Source: Candidatus Aegiribacteria sp. (GTDB taxonomy: Bacteria > Fermentibacterota > Fermentibacteria > Fermentibacterales > JCC-6). Taken from it: a stretch of 56,666 nt of DNA. The stretch is taken from NCBI GenBank assembly GCA_030613065.1, contig JAUWMQ010000004.1, positions 1 through 56,666 on the forward strand. Direction: 5' to 3'. Positions 1 to 9,532 of the stretch are shown here, in pieces. Made by a program: the position numbers and the translations under genes. The first letter of the stretch is position 1; each line of letters starts with the position of its first letter. The notes under the pieces are model-generated. The model saw only the letters and a list, made by a program, of their open reading frames with translations, did not search any database and was not told the DNA's origin.

Positions 1-78
1 TCCCGGGACAAGTATTCAAAGAGATACAGCTTCATTGACTTTACATGTCTGATTTCACATTTTCACCAAACTTCAGAA

Positions 79-110
79 CTCATGTTATGTTAAGCTTAAC
101 ATAACATGAG
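79..110. repeat. Perfect 32-bp palindrome (imperfect arms extend to about 69-120) upstream of the restriction endonuclease gene
   Basis: CTCATGTTATGTTAAGCTTAACATAACATGAG equals its own reverse complement; TTCAG (72-76) also pairs with CTGAA (113-117). Confidence 0.9.
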
Positions 111-153
111 CCCTGAACTTAAAGAAATTATTCGTAAATAAGCACAAATTTCA

Positions 154-906
154 GTGAGAACGGAGTATATATTGAAACTAAAAGAAGCAATCGAAAATCT
201 TGGTGAAAAAGAAGCTATCTCTCAAGCCAATACACTCGCAACAGACATTGGAGTTAATTGGAATAATGGCATTTGCCATGTGTTCTCTGTGATTGTAAAA
301 GCCCCTTCAAGAATTCCAAATATTGGTGCAAATAATGATGATAAAATTACAGTAATTCGTAAATGGATTCTGAAGTATCAGAAAGGTTTGGAGAACCGAG
401 CTTCTGTTAGAATTTCCAATCCACCTGGCACCATACCTGATCCAGTCGTCGAAGAGATAATTGCTTCCTGTTTGACTCAACTGAAATCGGATGATCTTAA
501 TAAAATAACTTATGCTCATAGATTGGGAATGTCCGCAGAGAATATTTTAGGTCTTCTCCTTGAAGAATACCTTGCCATCAATTTGAAGAACCATGGCTGG
601 CATTGCGCTTGGGGTGAAACAATAAAATCTGTTGATTTCGTCAATGAGAATGGACGACTCTTGCAGATAAAAAACAGGAGTAATTCCGAAAATAGTTCCA
701 GTAGTCAAATCCGCTATGGAACACTTATAGAAAAGTGGTACAGAATACGGGCTGATAGATTAGAATATATGTGGGATGGCATCAATACTATTTGTGAAAC
801 TAATCATCTTTCAGAAATTTCATTTGTGAAATTTGTTAAAGAAACTCTTACCTCAAATCCAAAAGCTCTTGCTGTGGAAACTAATAATCCCTGGGGAACG
901 ACGTAA
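154..906 (+). CDS. Type II restriction endonuclease, SinI-like family
   Basis: 250 aa, GTG start. HRLGMSAENILGLLLEEYL...WHCAWGETIKSVDF...LQIKNRSNSENSSS matches the SinI-family pattern (PD-(D/E)xK-type VDF...QIK). Convergent with a C5 methyltransferase. Confidence 0.8.
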   Translation: MRTEYILKLKEAIENLGEKEAISQANTLATDIGVNWNNGICHVFSVIVKAPSRIPNIGANNDDKITVIRKWILKYQKGLENRASVRISNPPGTIPDPVVEEIIASCLTQLKSDDLNKITYAHRLGMSAENILGLLLEEYLAINLKNHGWHCAWGETIKSVDFVNENGRLLQIKNRSNSENSSSSQIRYGTLIEKWYRIRADRLEYMWDGINTICETNHLSEISFVKFVKETLTSNPKALAVETNNPWGTT

Positions 907-949
907 TTGGAATAGAACAGAATTCGACGCACTACTAAATATTACTGAA

Positions 950-2380
950 TCAGGAAAATACCAGTTCTAATTGTTCAGAGGCGTGTTTATTCTTTTCAAG
1001 CTCTAGTGTAAAATGATTTTTCCACTCTTCATGATCTGTATACTTGTATCTGGAGTATTTAAAGTCAGGAAATTGCTTAATTTCTTCTTCTCTTAGCATT
1101 TTGACTATTAGACTACCAACCGCCTTACCTAAACTGGCTGGAACAGCATTCCCAATCTGCTTATACTGTTGAATTAATGCCCCTGCAAATTCCCATGAAT
1201 CCGGGAATTCCTGTATTCGCTTGTACTCTTGCACAGACAAAGGTCTATTTTCTTCAGGATGAGCTAAATCTGTTGCAGGCATAGCAGGGTGAGTTACAAG
1301 AGTTGGTGAAGGCTTATTCCATGCAAGTCTACGTAAAAATCCTGTTTTCCCACCACCAGCATAATAAGATTTACCCATTGCTTCTTTTTGAAGATCTTCT
1401 GGAAGATCTTTCCAGTTTTGACCTGGCCCTAGTAATCTGTAATACTTCAATCGCTTTTCCGGGAAATTCAAATGATCATGCTTTGGAATATTTGCTATAC
1501 ATGATCGTAGATTATTCCACTTTCGCAAACCGTACTCTCGTGATTCAGAATGTGTTGGGATTAAAAAGGGAGCCACTCTACCATCGCGAGAACAGACAAT
1601 AATGACTCTTTCTCTTTTCTGGGGTGTACCAAAATTTGCTGAATTATATAAATTGAAAGAATAACCATATCCCGATTTCTCTAAAATTCTCAATATGAAA
1701 TTAAGAGCACCTCCCTTGAGCTCATCCTCTAAAAGATCAGGAAATCCTTCACCACGTTGATCATGTGGTCTATGAGCCATCGGGGAAGAAAGAAGACCTC
1801 TTACATTTTCAATTACAATAAATTTAGGATGCAGTTCGAATGCCAACTCTAAGTATTTAAGAAATACATTTCCCCTATCATCATCAAATCCTTTTCTTTT
1901 ACCTGCGGTGCTGAAAGCCTGGCAGGGTGGGCCACCAATGACAAGATCAATATCATCAGAAGACGAGAGCTTTGCAGCCTCCAGTATATCTACTGCGTTA
2001 TAGTTATTTATATCTCCAAGTAAAGCTGTATCCGGTCTATTTAAGGCAATAGTCTGCCTACAGTATTTATCGATCTCGCAGACCAGTCTTACATTAAAAC
2101 CAGCTTTCTCTATACCCAAATCAAGCCCCATAGCTCCGGAAAAGAAGCTTAATGCAATAGGCCTCGCATCAGTCATCTTCGGAATGTTGTATGCAACATG
2201 ATCTTCTGCAATTTTATGTGCAGTAAGCAAACCATACTTATCAACACTCTCTTGATCTATTAACCAAGCATTACCAAATTTCCTTGCGGCAATCTCCCCA
2301 CTTCGACAAAGAGTTCTTACGCGTTGATCACTTAATTTTAATCGAACCGATGCTTCTTTAATGCTGATAATGGTACTCAT
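950..2380 (-). CDS. DNA (cytosine-5)-methyltransferase with N-terminal excisionase-like HTH
   Basis: Motifs I (FFSGAMG), IV (GGPPCQAFS), VI (ENVRGL), VIII (QKRERV), X (GNAVP). First ~50 aa ([36 protein letters not shown]) are HTH_17-like. AGGAGG SD 9 nt upstream. Confidence 0.95.
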   Translation of the reverse strand: MSTIISIKEASVRLKLSDQRVRTLCRSGEIAARKFGNAWLIDQESVDKYGLLTAHKIAEDHVAYNIPKMTDARPIALSFFSGAMGLDLGIEKAGFNVRLVCEIDKYCRQTIALNRPDTALLGDINNYNAVDILEAAKLSSSDDIDLVIGGPPCQAFSTAGKRKGFDDDRGNVFLKYLELAFELHPKFIVIENVRGLLSSPMAHRPHDQRGEGFPDLLEDELKGGALNFILRILEKSGYGYSFNLYNSANFGTPQKRERVIIVCSRDGRVAPFLIPTHSESREYGLRKWNNLRSCIANIPKHDHLNFPEKRLKYYRLLGPGQNWKDLPEDLQKEAMGKSYYAGGGKTGFLRRLAWNKPSPTLVTHPAMPATDLAHPEENRPLSVQEYKRIQEFPDSWEFAGALIQQYKQIGNAVPASLGKAVGSLIVKMLREEEIKQFPDFKYSRYKYTDHEEWKNHFTLELEKNKHASEQLELVFS

Positions 2381-2443
2381 GGTATATTTCCTCCTCGAAA
2401 CTCCACATGAGTACCATCATAGCGCAAGTCTGCAAAATGTCAA
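2370..2443 (-). promoter_or_regulatory. Sigma70-type promoter of the methyltransferase, overlapped by a 12-bp inverted repeat (candidate autoregulatory operator)
   Basis: Minus strand TTGACA (2443-2438), 16 nt, TATGAT (2421-2416). Arms ATGGTACTCATG (2370-2381) and CATGAGTACCAT (2406-2417) cover the start codon and the -10/TSS region. Confidence 0.65.
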
Positions 2444-2608
2444 TACTCGAATGAAGACCCTAATCACGTTAAAGAAGAAAATTAATTCCTAGAAAATAGT
2501 GGTTGAATTTGTCCATCAAGAATCCCCTTGTGTTCAGAGGCAAACGGTACTATGGTTTTTTGAGGAGTTATAGTAAATTCAAACAACATTCTATTTGGGT
2601 GGGTAAGA

Positions 2609-3208
2609 ATGAATGATTTAGAAAATTTATTCAAGCAACTTAATTTAATAGTCGGATTTCTTGATGTCTCCGATGAAGATGTTTATAATCAGATAAAGAA
2701 TCATGACAGATTTAACCTCGGTGTTTCAATTGAGGATTTATACGATAATAGTTTTGAGAACTATAGGAATCACATAACAACATCTGCACTTATCTTGGGA
2801 ATTTCCCACTTCGAAAATTATATCACGAAGATAATAGCTAAACTCCTAGTAATGATGCCCAGTAGCAATATGATAAAGGTAAGTATATCTACATTTCAAG
2901 AATGTGGAAATGACTATTTGAGAATATTGGGAAATGAGCAAGCAAGAAAATTAACATTTTCGGAAAAAATAAATTTTATAAAAAAGATATATTCAGATTC
3001 TGATACATCCCAAATTAATGAAATCATTTATGTTAATAAAATTAGAAATTGCTTAATCCATAATAATGGCTATGCTGACGAAAGACTCTCTCCAAATTTT
3101 TCTAATGGAGAAAAAATCTATTTATCATCGGGACAAATTAATGGATATGGATTAACTGTAAGAGATTTTGCTAAATATTTATGGAATCTTGCAAATCCAC
3201 CAGATTGA
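2609..3208 (+). CDS. Hypothetical protein with HEPN-like RxxxxH motif (putative RNase/defence effector)
   Basis: 199 aa, very AT-rich, predicted helical. IRNCLIH near the C-terminus and an upstream ISHFENY segment resemble HEPN families. Sits between an RM system and an attC-like site. Confidence 0.55.
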   Translation: MNDLENLFKQLNLIVGFLDVSDEDVYNQIKNHDRFNLGVSIEDLYDNSFENYRNHITTSALILGISHFENYITKIIAKLLVMMPSSNMIKVSISTFQECGNDYLRILGNEQARKLTFSEKINFIKKIYSDSDTSQINEIIYVNKIRNCLIHNNGYADERLSPNFSNGEKIYLSSGQINGYGLTVRDFAKYLWNLANPPD

Positions 3209-3261
3209 TTATTTTCAGCATATTATGACAGTTCTCACTATTTGGAGAATAACATACTAAG

Positions 3262-3344
3262 TCAGAACAACTAAATTCAACAGAACTGCGGCTCTGAACA
3301 TCAGTGCCCATATTATTGCAGTCTGCTGATTTAGGGCGTTCTAC
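3262..3344 (+). mobile_element. Integron attC-like recombination site (83 bp)
   Basis: R'' TCAGAAC, 5 nt, L'' AATTCAAC ... L' GCTGATT, 6 nt, R' GTTCTAC. The arms pair (AGAAC..CTAAATTCAACAGAACTGC vs GCAGTCTGCTGATTTAG..GTTCT) with two unpaired extra bases on the left arm, the canonical attC layout. Lies 53 nt after a cassette-like ORF. Confidence 0.7.
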
Positions 3345-3398
3345 CACATGTGAATTTATCGTATTACCGGATAATGTTGTTTCGCATGGGAGATTGAT

Positions 3399-3650
3399 TT
3401 GAACAGTGGTATGGTCTTTCAGTTCAAAAGATATTCAATACATGACGGCCCCGGGATAAGGACAACCGTATTTCTAAAGGGATGTCCTCTGTCATGTGCC
3501 TGGTGTCATAACCCCGAAAGTTGCTTCAGCGAACCACAACTTGCCGTATTCCCTTCAAGATGCATCGGTTGCGGGACCTGAAGGGCCCTACTTCTGCGAT
3601 CTGTCAGAAGAGCTTCAGAACGAGATTATCGAGAGAACTGCGCACGGATG
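3399..3650 (+). pseudogene. Truncated glycyl-radical enzyme activating protein (PflA-like radical SAM with ferredoxin insert)
   Basis: YSIHDGPGIRTTVFLKGCPLSCAWCHNPES (CxxxCxxC), then CIGCGT-stop at 3579-3581. Frameshifted relics of CPxxAI (GPTSAI) and ENCAR(C) continue to about 3650, where hypB ends. Full-length members are about 300 aa. Confidence 0.8.
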
Positions 3651-4316
3651 TTAACTGTAACTGGATTCTACAAACGTACAGAACTCCTCGATACCTTCGC
3701 CGGTTCTGGCGGAGACTGTGAAAACCTGGACATCAGGGTTGAGGCTTCTGCACTCCTCGATTGCCCTGTCCACATCGAAATCAAGGTGAGGAATAAGGTC
3801 CATCTTGTTAATTATGAGCACGTTGATACTGCTGAAAAGGCTTGGGTACTTGAGAATCTTGTCATCACCTTCGGGAACCGAAAGAAGACCGATCCTCATA
3901 TCTTCGCCAAGGTCGTAACCGCTGGGGCAGATAAGATTCCCCACGTTCTCAATCGCCAGTAACTCAAGTTCCGAAGGATCAAGATCCATATGGTCCAATG
4001 CGTGATTGACAGCGTGGGCATCAAGATGGCAGGCGCCTCCTGTCTCTATCTGCCATGCCTGACAACCAGCCTTTTCAATTCTTTCAGCGTCCCTTCTCGT
4101 CTGGACATCACCCTCTATTACAGCCATTCTGGATCCAAAGAAACGGGCCATGGACTCCAGAACTGTGGTTTTACCCGCCCCGGGTGAACTGATGAGATTC
4201 AATGTATAGATACCCTTTTCGCTGAGCAGTTTTCTATTTTCCGCTGCAAAACGGTCGTTTTTGTTCATGACGGATGTCGTTATGTCCACTTTCCGTTCAA
4301 TTGTGTCATCACACAT
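3651..4316 (-). CDS. hypB: Hydrogenase nickel incorporation GTPase HypB
   Basis: NLISSPGAGKTT, VIEGD, TGGACHLDA, ENVGNLICP, NKMD. Start placed at MCDD (4316) behind a purine-rich SD, just past the hypA stop. Confidence 0.95.
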   Translation of the reverse strand: MCDDTIERKVDITTSVMNKNDRFAAENRKLLSEKGIYTLNLISSPGAGKTTVLESMARFFGSRMAVIEGDVQTRRDAERIEKAGCQAWQIETGGACHLDAHAVNHALDHMDLDPSELELLAIENVGNLICPSGYDLGEDMRIGLLSVPEGDDKILKYPSLFSSINVLIINKMDLIPHLDFDVDRAIEECRSLNPDVQVFTVSARTGEGIEEFCTFVESSYS

Positions 4317-4317
4317 A

Positions 4318-4665
4318 TCAGTCGCTTCCTTCCTCGAGTTCAACGCTGTCCACAGTGAACTCCCTGCCTGAGAGAATTCTCCTGCTTATGGAACCGCAAC
4401 CAGGACAGCCCTGGTAGAAATCTTTTGCTTCGTATTCAGTATTGCATTCAAGGCAGATAAGCTTTGCTCTGGTAAGGTTAATTACCAGTTCCGGTTCTCC
4501 GAATCCTGCCATCCTGGCAACTTCTGTGAAGCAGAATCTCAGGGATTCAGGGGAGATTCCCGAAAGGGGTCCTATAGTAATATTGACTCGATCCAGGAGT
4601 ACTTTTCTGCCAAGAGCATTGCCGATAATTCTGGTCATGTCAGTAGCAAGAGAGAGTTCATGCAT
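4318..4665 (-). CDS. hypA: Hydrogenase maturation nickel metallochaperone HypA
   Basis: MHELSLA N-terminus, two CxxC (CLEC, CPGC), ILSGRE. Start trimmed from the ORF track to the MHE codon. Confidence 0.95.
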   Translation of the reverse strand: MHELSLATDMTRIIGNALGRKVLLDRVNITIGPLSGISPESLRFCFTEVARMAGFGEPELVINLTRAKLICLECNTEYEAKDFYQGCPGCGSISRRILSGREFTVDSVELEEGSD

Positions 4666-4782
4666 ACTAAACCCGCCATTCATTCCGGGAGGAAGCACCG
4701 TGGTTAAAACCTTTTCAGAATGGTAGAATATAACCTGTATTAAATATGTCAATAAGGATCATTCTTATCCGGAAGACAGGAT

Positions 4783-7050
4783 ATGCAGCGACTGAGGCTT
4801 GAGATAAGTGGAGCGGTTCAGGGCGTAGGTTTCAGACCCTTTGTATACCGTCTGGCTCATCGCTATGGTCTGGCCGGGTGGGTATCCAACACATCGAAGG
4901 GTGTGGTTGTTGAAGTGGATGGGGATCCCGAAATTCTTGCGAAGTTCGCAGAAGCTCTTCTGAAAGAAAAACCATCGCTATCCATCGTACAGAACATTCG
5001 CAGTAAATACCTTCTTGCAGCAGGATACTCGAGCTTTAAGATTCTCAAGAGTACCGGGGGAAAGAGGGAGGCATTCATCCTTCCGGATCTGGCCACCTGC
5101 CTGGAATGCTCGCTTGAGATACTTGACCCTGAGAACAGGAGGTATCGATATCCATTCACGAACTGCACCAACTGCGGTCCGAGATATTCAATAATCAATG
5201 CAATTCCGTACGACAGGCCTTCAACGACAATGTCCAGATTCAGAATGTGCAACAAATGCAGGAATGAGTACGAAGATCCGTATGACAGAAGATTCCATGC
5301 CCAGCCCAATGCCTGCCCTGAATGCGGCCCTCATCTTGAACTCTGGGATTCCTCAGGCGTTACCCTGGCAAAGAGGGATGATGCTCTGAGAAGAGCCTCG
5401 GATGAGATACTTGAAGGGAAAATACTTGCGGTTAAAGGGCTTGGCGGCTTCCATCTCATTACCCTTGCCAGCTCAGATGAAGCTGTCCGAACACTCCGTT
5501 CCCGCAAGGGAAGGAAGATGAAGCCCTTTACGCTTATGTCTCCATCGATTTCTCAGGTCTCCGAATTCTGTATGCTATCCTCCGAGGAAAGAGAATCTCT
5601 TCAGTCACCCCGGTCGCCCATCGTTCTTCTCAAAAAGCGCGATAAACAGAATTCGTCTCTCATCATCTCGGAACTGGTTTCCCCATCCAACCCTGAATTT
5701 GGAGTAATGCTGCCCTATACACCGCTTCATATTCTGCTCATGATGGAGATAGGAGAGCCTGTAATCGCCACAAGCGGAAACCTCAGTGATGAGCCAATCT
5801 GCACCGATGAAATTGATGCCCTTCACAGACTGAAAGACATAGCGGATTATTTTCTCGTTCATAACCGCCCAATAGCTCGTCATGTTGATGATTCAATTGT
5901 CAGGATTTTCAAAGAGCGGGAAATGGTACTGCGAAGGGCAAGGGGCTATGCACCGCTCCCTTTGAGTATGGACTTGGAGGCTGAATCCGTTTTCGCCACA
6001 GGAGGGCACCTGAAGAATACCCTGGCCCTCTCAATTGGGAGGAACGTCTTTACAAGTCAGCATATCGGAGATCTGGAGACGACACAGGCCCTCAGGGCTT
6101 TCGATGATGTCTGGAACAGTATTGAAACGTTGTACAACGCGCATCCGGATATTATCGCCTACGACATGCATCCGGACTATATCTCATCTGCACGGGCAAG
6201 AGAATCTCAGATCAGGGGTATTCCAGTTCAGCATCACATTGCACATGTCTATTCCTGCATGCTGGACAGTGGAGTCAGACCACCTCTGCTAGGTGTTTCC
6301 TGGGATGGAACCGGTTACGGTACCGATGGTACAGTGTGGGGGGGTGAATTCTTTCATATTACCGGTGGAACTGTGAAAAGAATTGCTCATCTGAGGCGCT
6401 TCCCTCTGCCCGGCGGAGACAGAGCTGCAGCGGAACCCAGAAGGTCGGCTCTCGGCCTTCTTTCGGAGCTTTATGATGATCCGGTGAAGCACCTTCCCCC
6501 TGACACATTTTCCAGGGAGGAGTCTGATGCCATGCAGAAAATGATATCGTCGAAGCTTAATTCCCCTCTTACCTCAAGTGCGGGAAGGCTGTTTGATGCC
6601 GTTGCATCGATCCTAGATATTCATCAGACTACAGAGTTCGAGGGGCAGGCGGCGATGGCTCTTGAGCACGCAATCGGGAATCGGGAGACTCGGGAATCCT
6701 ATCCCGTTGAAATTATCGAACACCCGTGCGAACCAATGGTAATCGACTGGGCACCACTTATCGAAGGTGTTATCATGGATGCTTCAGAAGGGGTGGATAG
6801 AGGCATCATTTCTGCGAAATTCCACAATACCATGGCAGAAGGGATTGCCGCAGTAGCTGATAGAGCTGGAGAGCGAAAAGTTGCCCTCAGCGGCGGTTGT
6901 TTTCAGAACGTTTATCTTCTGCAGAGGGTTCTTGATATACTCGAAAACAATGGTTATGAACCGTTTATCCACAGGAGCCTTCCTCCAAACGACGGAGGTA
7001 TTGCTCCGGGGCAGGTAATGGCAGCACTACTGATTAATTCCGAAAAATGA
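4783..7050 (+). CDS. hypF: Carbamoyltransferase HypF
   Basis: Acylphosphatase domain (GAVQGVGFRPF), zinc fingers (CTNCGPR, CPECGP), KGLGGFHL, QHHIAH, PNDGGIAPGQ. Confidence 0.97.
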   Translation: MQRLRLEISGAVQGVGFRPFVYRLAHRYGLAGWVSNTSKGVVVEVDGDPEILAKFAEALLKEKPSLSIVQNIRSKYLLAAGYSSFKILKSTGGKREAFILPDLATCLECSLEILDPENRRYRYPFTNCTNCGPRYSIINAIPYDRPSTTMSRFRMCNKCRNEYEDPYDRRFHAQPNACPECGPHLELWDSSGVTLAKRDDALRRASDEILEGKILAVKGLGGFHLITLASSDEAVRTLRSRKGRKMKPFTLMSPSISQVSEFCMLSSEERESLQSPRSPIVLLKKRDKQNSSLIISELVSPSNPEFGVMLPYTPLHILLMMEIGEPVIATSGNLSDEPICTDEIDALHRLKDIADYFLVHNRPIARHVDDSIVRIFKEREMVLRRARGYAPLPLSMDLEAESVFATGGHLKNTLALSIGRNVFTSQHIGDLETTQALRAFDDVWNSIETLYNAHPDIIAYDMHPDYISSARARESQIRGIPVQHHIAHVYSCMLDSGVRPPLLGVSWDGTGYGTDGTVWGGEFFHITGGTVKRIAHLRRFPLPGGDRAAAEPRRSALGLLSELYDDPVKHLPPDTFSREESDAMQKMISSKLNSPLTSSAGRLFDAVASILDIHQTTEFEGQAAMALEHAIGNRETRESYPVEIIEHPCEPMVIDWAPLIEGVIMDASEGVDRGIISAKFHNTMAEGIAAVADRAGERKVALSGGCFQNVYLLQRVLDILENNGYEPFIHRSLPPNDGGIAPGQVMAALLINSEK

Positions 7051-7063
7051 CAGGAGTATACTG

Positions 7064-7330
7064 ATGTGTCTGGGAGTACCCGGGAAGATCGAGGAGATAT
7101 CTGGGAATGATGATCCTGTATTCGTTACAGGCAAGGTCAATTTCGGAGGTGTACTGAGGGAGGTCAGCCTTGCCGGCATAAAAGACGCGCATGTTGGTGA
7201 CTGGGTGATAGTGCATGCCGGTTTTGCACTCAACAAACTGAATGAGGAAGAGGCTTCGGAAGTGTTTGAGTACCTGAGACAGATTTCCGAATTCGGCAGG
7301 GCCGAGCTTGAGGATTCAGACGACACCTGA
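7064..7330 (+). CDS. hypC: Hydrogenase assembly chaperone HypC
   Basis: MCLGVPGKI N-terminus, VGDWVIVHAGFA. Confidence 0.97.
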   Translation: MCLGVPGKIEEISGNDDPVFVTGKVNFGGVLREVSLAGIKDAHVGDWVIVHAGFALNKLNEEEASEVFEYLRQISEFGRAELEDSDDT

Positions 7331-7355
7331 GCCCGGAAAGAAGAGGTGAAAAAGG

Positions 7356-8450
7356 TTGAAGTACGTTTCGGAATATCGTGAGAGAGAATCGGCGCTGAAG
7401 TATGCCGGGCTTATCGGAAAAATGGTCACAAAGGACTGGAGTATAATGGAGGTCTGTGGCGGGCAGACTCATTCCATTGTAAAATACGGTATTGATCAGC
7501 TTCTGCCTGATTCCGTAACTCTTATACACGGGCCGGGATGCCCTGTATGTGTTACTCCCATTGAACTTATCGATCAGGCTGCTGAAATCGCCGGGTTTGA
7601 AAACGTTATCTTCTGTTCATTCGGTGATATGCTGCGGGTTCCGGGAAGCTGCAGTGACCTGCTGAGGGTCAAGGCATCCGGTGGGGATGTGAGAATGGTT
7701 TACTCCCCTATTGATGCTATACAAATAGCTGCAGGTAATCCCGACAAGGAAATAGTATTCTTCGCAGTGGGTTTCGAAACCACTGCCCCTGTCACAGCCG
7801 CTGCCGTGCTTCAGGCTGAACAGCTTGGCCTGGATAACTTCTCAATGCTTGTATCCCATGTACTTGTCCCACCCGCAATCAAGACTGTTTTATCAGGCGA
7901 GGATTGTGCTATCCAGGGATTTCTTGCTGCCGGGCACGTCTGTTCCGTAATGGGATATACCGAATACGAACCGATTGCGGAAAAGTACGGTGTACCGATT
8001 GTTGTAACCGGTTTTGAACCCCTTGATATTCTTGAGGGTGTTCACATGTGTCTGAAACAGCTTGAACAGGGCAGGACGGAAGTGGAAAACCAATACCTGC
8101 GTGCCGTTTCCAGGGAAGGAAACAGGCCTGCTATTGAACTTATGAGAAGTGTTTTCGAGATAACAGACCGCAAGTGGCGGGGAATAGGCAGAATCCCCGA
8201 CAGCGGGTTCATGCTCAGGGAGCAGTTCTCAAAGTTCGATGCAGGAAAGAAATTCAAAGTCAGCAGCCATGAAGTTGATGAACCTGCGATCTGCATATCC
8301 GGTGAGGTTCTCAGAGGTAATAAAAAACCTTTCGAATGTGTTGCCTTTGGAGAAGAATGCACTCCTGAACACCCACTTGGAGCACCTATGGTCTCGTCTG
8401 AAGGAGCGTGCGCAGCCTATTACCGATACAGACTTGCCAGGAAGAAATAA
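7356..8450 (+). CDS. hypD: Hydrogenase formation protein HypD
   Basis: [25 protein letters not shown], [17 protein letters not shown]. TTG start. Confidence 0.97.
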   Translation: MKYVSEYRERESALKYAGLIGKMVTKDWSIMEVCGGQTHSIVKYGIDQLLPDSVTLIHGPGCPVCVTPIELIDQAAEIAGFENVIFCSFGDMLRVPGSCSDLLRVKASGGDVRMVYSPIDAIQIAAGNPDKEIVFFAVGFETTAPVTAAAVLQAEQLGLDNFSMLVSHVLVPPAIKTVLSGEDCAIQGFLAAGHVCSVMGYTEYEPIAEKYGVPIVVTGFEPLDILEGVHMCLKQLEQGRTEVENQYLRAVSREGNRPAIELMRSVFEITDRKWRGIGRIPDSGFMLREQFSKFDAGKKFKVSSHEVDEPAICISGEVLRGNKKPFECVAFGEECTPEHPLGAPMVSSEGACAAYYRYRLARKK

Positions 8451-9505
8451 TGAATGACACCAGAATAACTGATATGATATGCCCGATTCCCCTCTCGGAT
8501 TACCCTGAAATTACTATGGCGCATGGTGGTGGTGGAAGGCTGATGAACGATCTTATCGACAGGGTCATCCTGAAGGCGTTCTCGAATCCCATTCTTGATT
8601 CGAGGCATGACGGTGCCGTTTTAGAGGCAGGGAAGGGAAAGCTGGCATTCGCAACAGATTCGCATGTCATTACTCCGTTGTTCTTTCCCGGTGGCGATAT
8701 AGGCACTCTTTCCGTATACGGAACCGTTAATGATCTGGCCATGTGCGGAGCAGATGCCAGATGGCTCAGCGCCGGTTTCATTATAGAAGAAGGTTTTTCT
8801 ATGGAGACCCTCTGGAGGGTTGTTGTTTCTATGGCTGAAGCATCCATGAAAACGGGCGTGTCGATAGTTACCGGAGATACAAAGGTGGTGGATAAAGGCA
8901 AGGGAGACGGTATCTATATCAATACCGCTGGGATAGGCATCATTCCGGCTGGGATTGAGATCTCTCCGTCAAGAGTTAGAGAAGGTGACGCGGTAGTTCT
9001 CAGCGGTGATATTGGCAGACATGGTATAGCTATAATGGCTATTCGTGAAGGGATCAGGTTTGAGAGTACAATCCGCAGCGACCTGGCTCCACTCAATTCC
9101 ATTACAGGAGACCTCCTGAGGGAGGGGCTTGATATACACTGCATGAGGGATCTTACAAGAGGAGGCCTTGCCAGCGGGTTGAATGAGATAGCTTCTATGA
9201 CCGATTGCTCCATCAGGATACAGGAGAGTCTGATCCCTGTTCATGATGAAGTTCTGGGCGCATGTGAGATACTTGGTTTTGATCCACTTTACGTAGCAAA
9301 TGAGGGTAGATTCGTTGTCATCCTTCCACGGGAAAACGGCGAAAGAGCTGTGGAAATTCTGAGAGGGCATGATATAGGACGTCAGGCTGAGATAATAGGT
9401 TTCGTTGAGAAACCTTCTTATGCTGACGTATTGATGATCAGCAGTATCGGTTCAGAGAGAATCATCGATATGATGAGCGGTGAACAGCTGCCCAGGATCT
9501 GCTGA
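8450..9505 (+). CDS. hypE: Carbamoyl dehydratase HypE
   Basis: [22 protein letters not shown]-terminal LPRIC. ATG at 8450 overlaps the hypD TAA. Confidence 0.97.
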   Translation: MNDTRITDMICPIPLSDYPEITMAHGGGGRLMNDLIDRVILKAFSNPILDSRHDGAVLEAGKGKLAFATDSHVITPLFFPGGDIGTLSVYGTVNDLAMCGADARWLSAGFIIEEGFSMETLWRVVVSMAEASMKTGVSIVTGDTKVVDKGKGDGIYINTAGIGIIPAGIEISPSRVREGDAVVLSGDIGRHGIAIMAIREGIRFESTIRSDLAPLNSITGDLLREGLDIHCMRDLTRGGLASGLNEIASMTDCSIRIQESLIPVHDEVLGACEILGFDPLYVANEGRFVVILPRENGERAVEILRGHDIGRQAEIIGFVEKPSYADVLMISSIGSERIIDMMSGEQLPRIC

Positions 9506-9532
9506 CGAAGAAGCTTCCTTAAACAGCAGGTT

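Noticed and set aside
1-153. Possible controller (C) protein upstream of the endonuclease
   Set aside because: Only an 11-codon ORF (106-141) is present, with no HTH signature.
912-970. ATAGAAC ... GTTCTAA resembling attC R''/R' boxes
   Set aside because: The L boxes do not pair, and the right half is MTase coding sequence.
972-2541. 11-bp direct repeat TGTTCAGAGGC at 972 and 2531 as target-site duplication
   Set aside because: About one such match is expected by chance in 3 kb, and one copy is inside the MTase CDS.
3579-3581. TGA at a Cys position (CIGCGT*) as possible selenocysteine
   Set aside because: The downstream motifs are frameshifted and truncated, which fits pseudogenisation. 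The hydrogenase L2 motif also has Cys, not Sec.
6965-6973. Perfect DnaA box TTATCCACA; possible oriC given the DnaA-like gene
   Set aside because: A single copy inside hypF; about one 9-mer hit is unremarkable in 57 kb, and there is no box cluster or dnaN/gyrB context.
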